Below, in pieces: positions 33,530 through 46,819 of a DNA stretch of 64,000 bases (positions are counted from its first letter, which is position 1; every line of letters begins with the position of its first letter). The DNA is taken from contig NC_086097.1 in the NCBI RefSeq assembly GCF_963921235.1, positions 195,364,001-195,428,000 on the forward strand. The letters run 5' to 3'. A model generated the notes under the pieces. The model worked only from the letters and a program-made list of their open reading frames with translations, did no database searches and was not told where the DNA came from. The DNA comes from Mobula hypostoma (lineage: Eukaryota). The position numbers and the translations under genes were made by a program.

Positions 33530-35070
33530 GATACCCCCTGCTTTAAGAAGACCATTATCATCCTAGTACCCAAGGAAAACAAGGAAACATGCATTAATGA
33601 CTAATTAATGTTGGAGAGGCATTAGTCATTAATGCATGTTACCTTGTTACCATGTTACCTTTTTTCCTTGTTACAAGTGTGTGGGCAGATTCTGCCCTAA
33701 CTTCATCTACAAGTTTGTGCATGATACTACTGTTGTGAGCTGTATCTCAAATAACAATGAGTCTGAGTACAGGGGGCTAATAGAGAGCTTAGTGACATGA
33801 TGTCATGACGACGGCCTTTCCCTCAATGTCAGCAAATTTCAGAAAGGGAGCAGTGCATAATGTCCAATCTACATCGATGCTATTGAGTTGAGAGGGTTGA
33901 GAGCTTCAAATTCCTAGGTACAAACATCACCAGTACTTTGTCTTGCTCCAATTATATCAATGTAACAGACAAGAAAGCTCACAAACACCTCAACTTCCTC
34001 AGGAGGCTAAAGAAATTCAGCATATCCCCTCAACCCTTACCAATTTTTATTAAATAGAAAGCATTCTATGTGGATGCATAATGGCTTGGTATGCAACTGC
34101 TCTGTATGTGACTGCAGAGGGTTGTGTACACAGCTCAGCACATTGCAGGAACCAAACTCCCCTCCATGGACTCCGTCTATACTTCTTGCTGCCTCAGCAA
34201 AGTAGCAAGCATGATCAAATACTCCACCCCAAATGTTCTCTATTTTCCCCTCCCATCAGGGAGAAAACACAAAATCCTGAAATGCCTGCTTCGCTGCCAC
34301 TGCTACTGTGTGGTCCAGAATCTCCGGAGGGGAAGGCCCCGAGTCCTCGGCTTTGCTTGTTGTTCTGCGGTCGGGGCAGAGTCGAAGCGCTCGGCAGAGG
34401 ATGGTGCTCAGTGTTGGAGGGCTGGTCGGAGGCTCGAAGTTTTCGGACAGACTCAGAGTCCACTGTGGTTGGGTGCATCCAATGGTGCGGCATCAGCAAG
34501 TTTGTGGCGTTTGGAGGTTCACGGCAGGGTGAGTTTCTCCCTTCTACTGTCTGCGTGAGATGATGAGGTTATCGGAACTTTGAGACTTTTTTTTACCATG
34601 CCCATGGTCTGCTCTTTATGAAATTACGGTATTGCTTTGCACTGTTGTAACTATATATTATAATTACGTGGTTTTGTCAGTTTTAGTCTTTGTTTGTCTT
34701 GTGTTTCTGTGATATCATTCTGGAGGAACATTGTATCATTTTTTAATGCATGCATTTCTAAATGGCAATAAACAAGGACTGAGTGCCCTCAAATTCTAAT
34801 CTAATATGTACCATCAAGGTCAAGTACAGCTTCTATCCTGCTGTTAACAGACCCTGGAATAGACAATTATACAATAAATGGACTCTTGACTTCACAATCT
34901 ATCTTGTTATATTTTGCACTTTATTGTTTCCCTGCACCACATTTTCTCCGCAGCTTTAACACTTTTACTCTGCATTGTAATTGCTTTACATTGTTCTACC
35001 TCAACGCACCGTGTAATGATTTGATCTGTATGATTAGTATCAAGACAAACTTTTCACTGTATTTTGTTAT
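33530..35070 (+). mobile_element. Rex1/Babar-like LINE 3' fragment with internal deletion and a nested element (about 34283-34804)
   Basis: 'CFKKTIIILVPK...CIND' remnant, then 'IYKFVHDTTVV', 'FKFLG', 'FLRRLKKF' and 'PLPSGRK'. It resumes after 34804 with 'SFYP'. Confidence 0.8.
34283..34804 (+). mobile_element. Non-autonomous retro-element nested in a Rex-like LINE
   Basis: GC/CpG-rich body ending in AATAAA plus a 'tctaatctaat' tail. The host LINE is continuous on both sides. Confidence 0.65.
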
Positions 35071-35892
35071 AAGCCAATATCTAAGGTTTCCAAAACTTAA
35101 AATTTAAGCTTAAAATTTAGTGTGGCAACCAAGCAAGTTACAAGAGGTCCAGGTACGATCTCCAGAAAGCCAAAGTAGTAATTCCGAGTAAACTTGAATC
35201 AACTGCTCGAAAGCTATGACAGGGCTTGAATACCATCACGTCTTATAAAGCAAAATCAAGCAACATAAACAACAACAGGACTCCACTCACAGAGTAGCTG
35301 CAATACTCACTTCGACTATCAAACCATCACAAAACTCCGTCAGCCCCTGATGAACCTGTGATTGCAGTGTCTGGGGCCGAAGTGTGAGCATCCTTAAGGA
35401 GGGTGAACCCATGAAAAGCATCCGGTCCAGACCTGGCCAAGCACTAAAGACCTATGCTGATCAACTGACTGGAGTGTTCCCTGAGATCTTTACCTCTCGC
35501 CTCAGCAGTCTGAGGTTCCCACTTGCTTCAAGCAGGCCTCAATTATACCAATGTCCAAGAAGTACATGGTAATCTGCCTTAATGATTATCATCCAGTAGC
35601 AATTGCATCCATGATGATGAAGTGATTTGACAGACTGGTGATGATACAGATCTACTTCTGCCTAAGAAGCGACTTGGATCGGCCCCAGTTTGCCTACTGG
35701 CTCAACAGGTCCACAACAGTTACTACCTCAGTGATGCTTCAGTCCAACCTGAAGCATCCAGAAGCAAAGATACATCCATCAGGATGCTCTTTATCAACTA
35801 CAGCTTGCATTCAATACTATCATCCCCTCAAACTAATCAGTAAGCTTCAAGATCTTGGCTTCAATATTTCCTTGTGCAATTAGATACTCAAT

Positions 35893-36319
35893 GGTTTAAT
35901 TTAATATCAGAGAATGTACACAGCATACCACCTGAAATTCTTACTCTTCACAGATATCCATGAAACAGAGAAAAACCCCAAAGATTGAATGATAGAAACA
36001 TCAGCATCCTAAAGCCCCCTGCTCTTCCAACACACAAATAGCAGCCAAAGTGTCTAACCTTGCTCTCCCCCAACTTACACCAGTAAAAGCTACAAACTCC
36101 TCTCTCACCATGCTGGTGATAGATCCTGATCTAGAGTCCATCAAAAACCACAATCCATCCGGACACTTCAGTATCTCAGACAGGTTTTCTCTCACCAGAG
36201 AGAGAGAGAGGGAGGTCACTCCTGCAACAATGAGAACGGGAGACCAGCAGACCGCTGTTTCGATGTTACAATTTTCTGTGTTGCTTCTCTGACTCGGGCA
36301 CCAATAGGCTCTCACCCTC

Positions 36320-36362
<43 letters not shown>

Positions 36363-36680
36363 ATCGCTCGAGTACAGGGAGCTTCTTCCAACAGCACACA
36401 CCACCTCCTGTCCTGATGTCTGTCTCCTGTGACACTTCAGTCAGCGACATCAGTGTGGAACTGAAACAGGGCCACACCCCAAAAGTGCGTGTCTTCCAGG
36501 CTGCAAGGTGAGTCCAGAAATGAGAACACATTGCTCACGGAGAACCGTAGTCTGAGCTGCTGCTGTTGATCAAGGATTCCGACAGGACTCCAGCCTCCTT
36601 GAAAGTAAAGAAAGGCATGAGATTTCCTCACTTGCAGAAACCAGTTAGTTTGGATCTCCTCTATAATCTCCATCAGCACA
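35893..36680 (-). mobile_element. Non-autonomous SINE-like element (relative of 20843-21420)
   Basis: Shared terminus 'tttaatatcagagaatgtacacagcataccacctgaaattc'. Contains a (GA)n tract. Confidence 0.65.
36324..36360 (+). repeat. (GA)n microsatellite, about 18 units
   Basis: Perfect dinucleotide run. Confidence 0.97.
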
Positions 36681-36989
36681 AGCTGTGCGCTCAGCCCTCT
36701 GCTCTACTTGGTTTCGACTTGTGACTGTGAGAGTAAGTAGAGCTCCAGTACCATATTCAAGTTTGCTGATGTCACCATTGTTGTTGGCTGAATCAGATGT
36801 GGTGATGAATCAGCATATAGGAGGGAGATTGAAAATCTGGCTGAGTGGTGCCACAAGAACAACCTCTCACTCAATGTCAGCAAGGCCAAGGAGGAGCAAA
36901 CCAAAGGTCCGTCAGCCAGCTCTCAGGAGGATCCCGGGCGAAGAGGGTCATCAATTTTAAATTTCCCAGTGTTATCATTTCAGAGGATT

Positions 36990-38070
36990 CTGCTTTTTCA
37001 GAGTCTATACCCGCAACCTTCTCCCCACCATACAAAACTGGTAATGCATCAAGTTTGCCTTTTTAAAATTCCATCTGGAGATATGAGAACCTTTCCTCTG
37101 ATGCACATCTATTCCCGTTGTACAGATCATGGGGAAACAATCACTCCCCATTGTTGCATCGTTATACACTTCATAGTTACACACACTTGCTATCTCCTCA
37201 GATACCAGCGTAAGGTAATAGCAAAACAATGTTGTTAAGTAGATGTATCCTTTTACTCCTACCATAACTGAAGCACACCAAACATTTTTCTTTCAGAATG
37301 TCTTCCACAACCATCCCATTCACATTTGTGTCACTACAACACCACATAGTACTATGAACATTAAAATCCCCACACCATATGATATTATTTTTCCCATTTC
37401 CACCCACACTTTCCAATATATTTGGTGTTAGCCTTTCACAAGGATTATAAAAATTTATTATCTGTACTTTACTATTTTCCCCAAATTTTAACTACGATTG
37501 ACTCATAAATAGCTCCAATTTCCATAACTCTATGCAATCCCATTTTTAACAAAGGTAGCCACTCTTCCTCCATTACTCATTTTCTAAATTGCATCTTATA
37601 TCAACATAACTTTGTACCTTAAAACTTAATCAAGATTTCAGCCAGGTTCCCTGTACACATAAAACATCAGGTTTATTTGGTAAATATTCTAGAAATTTCT
37701 TTCCTCCCACAACTTTTAACCCCAAAGCTTTCTCATATTGCTTACTATCTTTACAAAATATTAAGAGTGCCTCATTTCTTAAAGGTTTTATGCACACAAT
37801 ATCTCCTAACGCTTTTTTCAAATCCTCAGTTAGTCTAATTGCATTGGTATCCAAAACAGGTCCACATTCAAAGTTCAACAAAACCTTAAAATATTCCTTC
37901 CTTTTATTTAAATCCTATCTACTGCCTTCATTAATAGACGATAAGCCACAATCTTCAATTAGCTGCTTATTTTTCCATTTCCCAGAAACCTGCCAGTCGC
38001 CTTCCTCCATACAATTCCTATCACTCAGTACCATCTCCTGTTCGCTACCTTCATCTTCTCCATCACTTCC
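36990..38070 (-). mobile_element. I-group (Nimb-like) LINE fragment: ORF1 N-terminus fused by deletion to APE endonuclease
   Basis: Minus ORFs 'DLKKALGDIVCIKPLRNEALLIFCKD...PDVLCVQGTWL' and 'IIWCGDFNVHSTMW...NVNGMVVEDIL' (GDFNAH..W type, distinct from CR1). Confidence 0.7.
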
Positions 38071-38540
38071 TGCCTGAGAGCATCCCAACAACAGAATCAC
38101 TCCTTTGCTCAAACCCCAATCTGTGGCTCTGCCAAGCCTAGGTAGATCTAAGTCAATCTGATCCTTATTTAGCACTGGAGAGCAAATTCTAATGGTTTGG
38201 TCTCTGAGCAATCAGATTGAAAGGCTTCCCATAGTCCTTCAGAATAAATCCACACTATCTTTATGCAGATTTTCTAACAGGAACCAAGCCAGCTCCAATC
38301 TCACAAGGGGTATTCCCATCACATGGAATTAGGGAGGGAGGAATGGGAATTAGAACGTTTTTCACACACGAAGTCCACAAAAAACTGGCACAAAACTGAA
38401 TGGCACCAGTATTCTGATAATTGGAAACTACTGAAATAATGAAAACATTAAATTATAGAAGCAAATTAAAAATTAAAAACATTTAGTAACATTCAAACAA
38501 ATACAAACAACTTAAAAATTTCCAAGGCACCAATACTTAC

Positions 38541-39008
38541 TGGGATGGCGGGACTTTCATATGAAGAAAGACTGGATGAACTGGGCTTGTACTCGTTGGA
38601 ATTTAGAAGATTGAGGGGGGATCTGATTGAAACGTATAAAATCCTAAAGGGATTGGACAGGCTAGATGCAGGAAAATTGTTCCCGATGTTGGGGAAGTCC
38701 AGAACGAGGGTCACAGTTTGAGGATAAGGGGGAAGCCTTTTAGGACTGAGATTAGGAAAAACTTCTTCACACAGAGAGTGGTGAATCTGTGGAATTCTCT
38801 GCCACAGGAAACAGTTGAGGTCAGTTCATTGGCTATATTTAAGAGGGAGTTAGATATGGCCCTTGTGGCTACGGGGATCAGGGGGTATGGAGGGAAGGCT
38901 GGTGCAAGGTTCTGAGTTGGATGATCAGCCATGATCATAATAAATGGCGGTGCAGGCTCGAAGGGCCGAATGGCCTACTCCTGCACCTATTTTCTATGTT
39001 TCTATGTT
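38541..39008 (+). mobile_element. Young CR1 3' end
   Basis: GLSYEERL...RRLRGDLIETYKILKGLDR; FFTQRVVNLWNSLP; 3' UTR with an 8-bp TTTCTATG tandem tail. Confidence 0.93.
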
Positions 39009-39384
39009 TACAGTACCTTGATCGCAGCTAACCATTATCATAATTAATAGAGATTTCCTACACTAGGACCAACCAAAAGTTCAAAGTAAATTTATTGCTA
39101 AAGTACAGATATGTCACCGTATACTATCCTGAGATACATTTTCAAGCAGGCATTCACAGTAGATACAAAGAAACACAGTAGAATCAATGAAAAACCATAC
39201 ATGACAAAAACAGACAACTAATGTGTAAAAGACAACAAACTATGCAAATACCAAACGTTTCTAACTGATTCTCTTGCTAAGGTGCTGGAGGAGTCCCACA
39301 GTTTTGGCACATACATCTTAAACTTTCTGCATATTTCCCTGCAGATCTGGGCCTGTTATGAAAAGGTGATTTACCTTGTTGGTT

Positions 39385-40178
39385 ATTCAAAGTACATTTA
39401 TTACCAAGGCAGGTATGAAAAATACAACTCTGAGATTCAACTCCCACAGGCAGCCACGAAACGAAGAAGCACCATTGAACCTATTCAAGAAAACATCGAA
39501 CACCCAATGGGCGAATAAAGATCAAGTTGCACTAATGGCAAAAAGTGTGTGAACAACACATAGAACATCAAACATCAAACCAGTGGTATTCAGTTTAGTT
39601 CAGCTCAGTGCTGTGCTGCTAGCCACCTCGGGCTGCAGGGCCATTCTTTGTCGAACTGCCCCAGTCTGATCAATCACCCCAATCAAACTGAATCCAGGAA
39701 CACATTCAAAATGAACCTCAAAATCCCCCTAAATGAGTCCACAGCCTTGTCGATCAATCAATCCCGGCAATGTGGATCCTGCACATTCCTCGGACAGCAG
39801 CTAGCAAGAGGGAGAGGAAGACCGGAAAAACTCAGGAAGATGGCGCCAACACCTGCCTGTCGACCGTCCTCATCCTCATTGAGTTCAACTTTGCTCAACA
39901 CCTCAAGTGGAGAGAAGCAATGGAGTTGATCATGAGCTTCTTTCAAGCCTCTAGGCCACAGACTCCACACCACACTTCACCAAACTCCCTCAGAGACAGC
40001 AAAGTAACAAATCACTCAATCAGCCCCAAAACACCCTATCAAAAAGGTAAATCACAGGTTCCAATCCCAAGCTGTTTGGTAGAAGAATCATATCTGAAAG
40101 AAGAAGTAAAAGAAATAGTTTTGTGAACTGTCAGCAAGGTGTCACTGTTTGCTGCATTGTTTGCTGATGCCATCTTGA
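39385..40178 (-). mobile_element. Non-autonomous SINE-like element
   Basis: Minus strand starts CAAGATGGC... and ends AATAAATGTACTTTGAA, the same architecture as 49770-50570. Confidence 0.55.
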
Positions 40179-41987
40179 CCATACATCTAGATGTTGTGTT
40201 CAATGGGTAATTAATGTGAAATTCAAACCATTCCATTAAATTCATCAGGGCATTGAAGGAGAAATCTAAGGGAGGAATTGTACAATTCAACCAAAAGCTA
40301 ACCACGTTTCACACTTTCTTACAAATTGTCTATCCATTTGCAGAATATTAACAACATCTTCAGTCTTAATTCATTATTTTCAAAGCAAAAACTGGGCCAT
40401 AAAACAATTTTAAAGGAAAAGTTTTGAACTCCACTATCAGACTAGATAAAAGATTTGTTCTTTCACCTCAGTGACTTGGCTTTGAATGTAGTTCCAACTG
40501 TAAAGATGAAAACCTGCTTTTACTTATACTGGGGAAGCTCTTAAGTGAAATGAGATTGGACAGCCAGTGCCAACTCAATTCCTTATGGGTGTTCATTCAC
40601 AGCAGTAAACCATGCATTATTAAATCCTAATTGATAAAAATAAGATTTTTAGTTTTAGCCACAATGTTCCAAAATTGATGTAACCAAGCCCATAGATTTC
40701 AACTAAAATTAAGGATCTGATTAGAAACTAAACTCCTCTCCTCAGAGAATGCAGAGAAATCTGAGAAAAATTAAAATATTTGATCTTAGTGGAAAAGCCA
40801 CATGAAGATTTCTGAGAACATATCAGGAAACTGTGGAAACACTTCTAATAATAAATTATTAACCGACTTTAAATCAATGCAGAAGGATACTGCAGCTGGG
40901 TAGATTTAACAGAAATGTGAATTTAGGATTAGTGCTCACAGCATGAAAGGGACGTTAAAAGAGATAATTAGAGTTTATGACCATAATTGCCCTAAGCCAA
41001 TTTAATGCAGGAGTTTAAAAGGGAGTTAGATAATTACAGAAAAAAAACAGCTGTTAACCTTGCAGTGTGGATCAGAGCCAAACAGAACTATGTCAATGAG
41101 TTATAAATCTATTCGGGTCAGTTTTCGTCTGCTAAATGTATCCAGCGAATGATCTTTGCATCTGAAGTTAAAGACCAGGGAAGCTCCCAGAGATTATTGT
41201 GGTCCCGATCCGAGACCAAGAGACCAACTCCCAGAGTCCAAGGATCTGTAGCTGCTCAAAGAATGTGTTAAGGAACTAGAGCTGCAGATCGATGACCTTC
41301 AGCTCACACGGGAAACTGAGGAGGTGATAAATAGCAGCTACGGGGAGGTAGTCACCCCTCAGTTGCAGGAGGCAGGTACCTTGGTGAATATCAGGAGAGG
41401 AAAAGGAAATGGGCACCCACTGCAGAGTACCACTGTGGCCCTTCCCTTCAATAAGAAGCGTACTATTTTGGATGATGGTAGGGGTGGGGTGGTGACCTGC
41501 TGGCATTTGGGTCTTTGGCACTCAGTCTGGCCCTGTGGCTCAGTGGAGGAGAAGACATCTGCAGTAGTGACAGGGGATTCCATAGACATATTGGCACCAA
41601 TGACATAGGTAGGAAGAGGGAGGAGGTCCTGAAGAGCAAATTTAGGAAGACAGGCAGAAAGCTGAAAAGCTTGACTTTCAGGGTAGTAATCTCCGGATTG
41701 CTATGTGCCAAGCACCAGTGAAGGTAAGAACTGGATGATTTGGCAGATAAATGTATGGCTGGGGAACTCATACAGGGTGCAGGGTTTCGGATTTCTGGTT
41801 TATTGGGATTTTTTTCTGGAGAAGGTATGACCTATACAAAAGGGATGGCTTACATCTGAAACCGAAGGGGACCAATATCCTTGCGGGGAGGGTTTAAACT
41901 GATTTGGCGGCAGGATGGGGAACTGAGTGATAGGACTGAGGATGGGGCAGTTGGTTTACAAGCAGGGCAGAGTATAGTATAGTAGGC

Positions 41988-42874
41988 TTGTGGAAGATGT
42001 CCACTGACATCTTCTACAAGCCCACTGACTCTCATAACTACCTCAATGATACATCTTCCCACCCCACCACATGCAAAAATGCCATTCCCTATTCCCAGTT
42101 CCTCCGTCTCCGCTGCATCTGCTCCGAGGATGAGGTTTTCCATTCCAGGACATCTCAAATGTCCTCTTTCTTTAAGGATTGTGGTGGTTTCCCTTCTGCT
42201 GTCATCAATGATGCCCTCACCCGCATCTCCTCCATTTCCTGCACTTCGGCTCTCACCCCATCCTCCCGCCACCACAACAGGGACAGAGTTCCCCTTGTCC
42301 TCACCTACCACCCCACTAGCCTCCAGATCCAACACGTTATCCTTCGCAACTTCTGCCACCTTCAACAGGACCCCACAACTAAGCACATCTTTCCCTCTCC
42401 ACCCCTCTCTGCCTTCCGCAGGGATCAGTCCCTCTGCGACTCCCTGGTCCACACGTCCCTCCCCACGGATCTCCCACCTGGCACTTATCCCTGTAAGCGC
42501 AAGTGCTACACCTGTCCCTACACCTCCTCTCTTGCCACCATTCAGGGCCTCAAACTGCACTTCCAAGTGAGGCAACACTCCACTTGTGAGTCTGTTGGGG
42601 TCATCTATTGCATCCGGTGCTCCCGGTGCGGCCTCCTCTACATCGGTGAAACCCGACACAGATTGGGGGACCGCTTCTTCGAGCACCTCCACTCCATCCG
42701 CCAACACAGACAGGATCTCCCAGTAGCCACCCACTTCAACTCTGCTTCCCACTCTCATTCAGATATGTCCATGCATGGCCTCCTCTACTGCCATGATGAG
42801 GCTAAACTCAGGTTGGAGGAGCAGGTAGTCTCCAGCCCCTTGGTATGAACATAGAGTTCTCCAACTTCCGGTAA
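41988..42874 (+). pseudogene. PLE polyprotein C-terminus: RT thumb, zinc-knuckle linker, GIY-YIG endonuclease
   Basis: STDIFYKPTDSHNYL, NAIPYSQFLRLRCICS, CKRKCYTC and VIYCIRCSRCGLLYIGET...RFFEH. A small deletion after RLEEQ shifts the terminal GSLQPLGMNIEFSNFR*. Confidence 0.92.
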
Positions 42875-43138
42875 TTCCCTCCCCCTCCCTTCCCCTATCC
42901 CTATGTCACTCTGCCCCCTCCCCCAGCTGCCTACCACCTCCCTCTTGGTTCCACCTCCTTCTACTACCCATTGTGTTTTCCCGTATTCTTTCTTCACCTT
43001 TCCTGCCTATCACCTCCCTGCCTCCCTTCCCCCACCCCTTTATCTTTCCCCTTACTGGTTTTTCACCTGGAACTGACCAGCCTTCTCCTTCCCACCCTCC
43101 CCCCACCTTCTTTGTAGAGCCTCTGCCCCTTCTCCCTA

Positions 43139-43176
43139 CAGTCCTGACGAAGGGTTCTGGCTCAAAACGTCGACCG
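43139..43176 (+). ncRNA. Hammerhead ribozyme motif with GAAA->AAAA core mutation
   Basis: CAGUC-CUGACGA-A-GGGU UCUG GCUC-AAAA-CG-UC^GACCG. Confidence 0.65.
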
Positions 43177-45769
43177 ATCTTTTCCACGGATGCTGCCCGA
43201 CCTGCTGAGTTCCTCCAGCGTGTTGTCAAAGTATGGTCAGACTGTCAGGAACAACAGGCAAACAATGGGACAAAACTGTAGTCAGTACAATGAGCTCCGT
43301 GTAACTGGGAACAAAAAGGGAGATGAGTACAGAACTGAAAATGTTATAGTGCATGCAGTATATGAAATAAGGTAGATGATAGCGCTGTTAAAGATTGGCA
43401 GGTATGTCATTGTGGGCATCACTGAGCTGTGACTGAAAGAAGATTATAGTTAGGAGCTTAACATCCAAGGATATACATTGTATCGAAAGCTCAGGCAGGT
43501 AAGCAGGTAAGCAAGGCTCTGTTGATAAAAACTGAAATCAAATCCTTAAAAACAGGTGACAAAGAATCAAAAGATGTAGAATTGTACTGGGTAGAGTCAA
43601 GGAACTGCAAGGGTGAAAAGCCCCAAATGGGAGTTATACAGAGGCCTCCAAAGAGTATCCAGGATGTGAGCTACAAATTACAATGGGAGAGAGAAAATGC
43701 ATGACAAAACGGCAATGTTACGAACATCAGATATATAAAGAGCAAAAGGAAGGTAAGAGTAGATATCTAACCTTTGGAAAATGATGCTAGAGAGGTAGTA
43801 ATGGAGGACAAGGAAATGGTGGATGAACTAAATAAATATTTTGCATCATTCTTCACTGTGGAAGACACTAGCAGTGTGCCGGATGTTCGAGAGCATCAGG
43901 GGGCAGAAGTGAGTGCTCTTGCTATTACTAGGGAGAAGGTGCAAGGGAAGCTGAAAGGTCTGAAGGTAGAAAAGTCAGCTGGACCAGATGGTGTACACCC
44001 CAGGATTCTGAAAGAGGTAGCTGAAGAGATTGTGGAGGCATTAATAATCATCTTTCAAGAATCATTAGATTCTGTTATGATTCTGGGGAATGTAACATTG
44101 CAAACGTCAGTCCACTCTTCAAGATGGGAGGGAGGCAGAAGTAAGGAAAATATATTCCAGCTAGCCTGACCTCAATGGTTGGGAAGATTTTGGAGTCGAT
44201 TGTTAAGGACGTGGTTTCAGGGTACTTGGAGGCACATGATAAAAATGGGTCAAAGTCAGCATGGTTTCCTTAAGGGGAAATTGTGCCAGACAAATCTATT
44301 GGAATCTCTGAAGTAAAAATAATAAGCAGGGGAGTGCACTTGGATTTTCAGAAGTCCTTTGACAAGATGCCAGACATGAGGCTAATCAGCAAGATGAGAG
44401 CCCGTGGTATTACAGGAAAGATACCAGCATGGATAGAGCATTCGCTAATTGGCAGGAGGCAAAGAGTGGGAATAAAGAAGCCTTTTCTGACTGGCTGCTG
44501 ATGACTTGTGCTCCGCAGAGGTCAGCACTGGTACCACTTCTTTTTACAATGTATTGCAATGATTGGGATAAGAGAATTGAAAGCTTTGTGGCTAATATAA
44601 AAATAAGTGGAGGGGCAGCTTGTGTTGAGTAAACAGGGAAGCTATAGAAGGACTTAAACAGAATAGGCAAAGAATTGGCAGATGGAATATAGTGTAGAGA
44701 AGAGTATTGTCATGCATTTTGTTAGAAGGAATAAAAGTATAGACTATTTTCTAAACAGAAAGAAAATTCAAAAATCTAAGGTGCAAAGGGACTTGGGAGT
44801 CCTCAAGCAAGATTCCTTGAAGGTTAACTTATTGATTGAGTTGAAGGTGAGGAAGACAAATGCAATGTTAACATTCATTTTTGGCGGACTAGAATATAAA
44901 CAAGGATGCGATGTTGGGGCTTTATAAGCCATTGGTGAGGCCTCACTTGGAGAATTGCGGGTAGTTTTGGGCTTCTTTTCTAAGAATGGATCTGCTGACA
45001 TTAGAAAGAGTTCAAAGGAGGTTCACAAAGATGATTCCTGGATTGAAAGGCTATCGTATGAGGAGCATTTGATGGCTCTGTGCCTGTACTCATGAGAATT
45101 TAGAAGAATGAGGGGGAATCTCATTGAAACCTATGGAATGTTGAAAGGCTGTGATAGAGTGGATGTGGAGAGGATGTTCCATATATTGGGGTAGTCTAGA
45201 GGGCACAACCTCAGATTAGAGGGATATCCATTTGAAAAGGGCCTGAGGAGAAATTTCTTTAGCCAGGGAGTGGTGAATCTGTGGAATTCATTGCCACAGA
45301 TGGCTGTGGAGCCCAGGATCATTGAGTATATTTAAAGCAGAGTTTGATAGATTCTTGATAAGTAAAAGCATAAAAGGTTATGATGAGAAGGTAGGAGATT
45401 GACGTTAAGCTCATCAAGAATCTATCAGCCATGGTCAAATGGCAGAACAGACTCGATGAGCTGGATGGCCTAATTCTGCTCCAATGTCTTCTCACTCTGT
45501 TAAGAATTATGACATAAGGAGATCAATTGAATGCCATCAAGCAGCTTGCAATACTTGCTCCTCCAACTCTGATGCAACCATATCCCGAGCTGCCACATGG
45601 ACAAGCTAAAGTGACTGTAATTTCAAGCACAAATCTTCAGATGCACAAAAATTCACCACCACCAGTAGATTCACCAGTAGAATTTTTGATGCTGATGGTC
45701 CAATAGAAGCTTTAGTTTTTGATTATATCTTCTGAAGAGTCTATCCATTTGAGAATATTCTTTGAGTCG

Positions 45770-46805
45770 TAAAGTTATACAATGCAGAAAAAAAACCTGT
45801 GGTCCAAGTTGTCCACGCCGACTGTTATGCCTATCTATCCTAATGCCATATGACTGCATTGGGCCTGTATCCCTCTATTCCTTTCCTATCCAAGTTACTA
45901 TCCAGGTGCCTTAAAAAAAAGATATAATTGTAGCTGCCTCTAATACTCTCTCTGGTAGTTCATTCCATATAATCACCAGTCTCTGCAAAAAACTTATCCC
46001 TCAGCTGTTAGAGTCATAAAGTCATAGATAAGTACAGCACATATATAGGGCCTTCAGCCCATCTAGACTGTGCCGAACCATTTAAACTGTCTAGTCCCAT
46101 TGAGCTTCATCTGGACTATACCCCTACTATCTTTGTACTGTATACCTATCCAAACTTCTCTTAAATGTCAAAATTGAGTTTGCATCCACCACTTGCACTG
46201 GCAGCTCATTCCACACTCTTACCACCCTCTGAGTGAAGAGGTTTCCCTTCATGTTCCCCTTAAACTTTCACCTTTCACCCTTAACTCATGACCTCTAGAT
46301 GTAGTCCCACCCAAGCTCAATGGAAAAAGCTAACTTGCATTTATCGTATCTATACCCCTCATAATTTTCTGTCTCTATCAAATTTCCCCTCAATCTTCTA
46401 CATTCCAAGGAATAAGGTCCTAACCTATTCAATCATTCCTTAGAACTCGGGTCCTCCAGTCCCAGCACCGTTCCTACTGAAGCTGTAAGAGCAGAATACA
46501 GTGGGGAGCCAGTAAGGTTGCATCAACTGTAGACCTATCATGATGATAGGCAAATTGCTGCAGGTCCAGCTCCTTTCTTAAACAGTAGTTGGTTCCAGCC
46601 ATGATCAAACTCTAAAAGCACTTCATCACAGTAGATGTGAGTGCAACTGGGTGAGAGTCATTGAGGAAGCTCACCCTGCTCTTCTATGTCTTTCATAACT
46701 TATAAACCTCTGTATGGTCACCCCTCAGTCTCCAATATTCCAGTGAGAATAAATCTAGCTTATCCAATCTTTCCTTGGAGTAAAGCTCTCCATTTCAGGC
46801 AACAT
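45770..46805 (-). mobile_element. Cluster of nested CR1 3' ends plus a short Rex-like piece (about 46480-46685)
   Basis: 46010-46470 is homologous to 30230-30700. The flanks are an older CR1 3' end. Confidence 0.7.
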
Positions 46806-46819
46806 TAGAACTGATATTC

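Larger units (their letters stand above)
35125..36985 (+). mobile_element. Rex1/Babar-like LINE RT fragment interrupted at 35893-36680
   Basis: 'LKTYADQLTGVF', 'CLNDYHPVA', 'QFAY', then after the insertion 'IFKFAD...WCHKNNLSLNVSK'. Confidence 0.8.
41985..43227 (+). mobile_element. Penelope-like retroelement (Neptune type), 5'-truncated
   Basis: ORF with RT thumb, Cys-rich linker and GIY-YIG, then a pyrimidine-rich UTR, hammerhead motif and tail. The host CR1 resumes at about 43230. Confidence 0.93.
41240..45490 (+). mobile_element. CR1 LINE (ORF1 esterase, partly deleted ORF2) with nested PLE at about 41985-43227
   Basis: 'HIGTNDIG...VVISGLL' (SGNH esterase), APE remnant, 'KSAGPDGVHPRILKE', 'LDFQKSFDK' and a 3' UTR. 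Confidence 0.9.

Noticed and set aside
41850..42758. 302-aa minus-strand ORF
   Set aside because: Antisense shadow of the PLE ORF, with no recognisable motifs.
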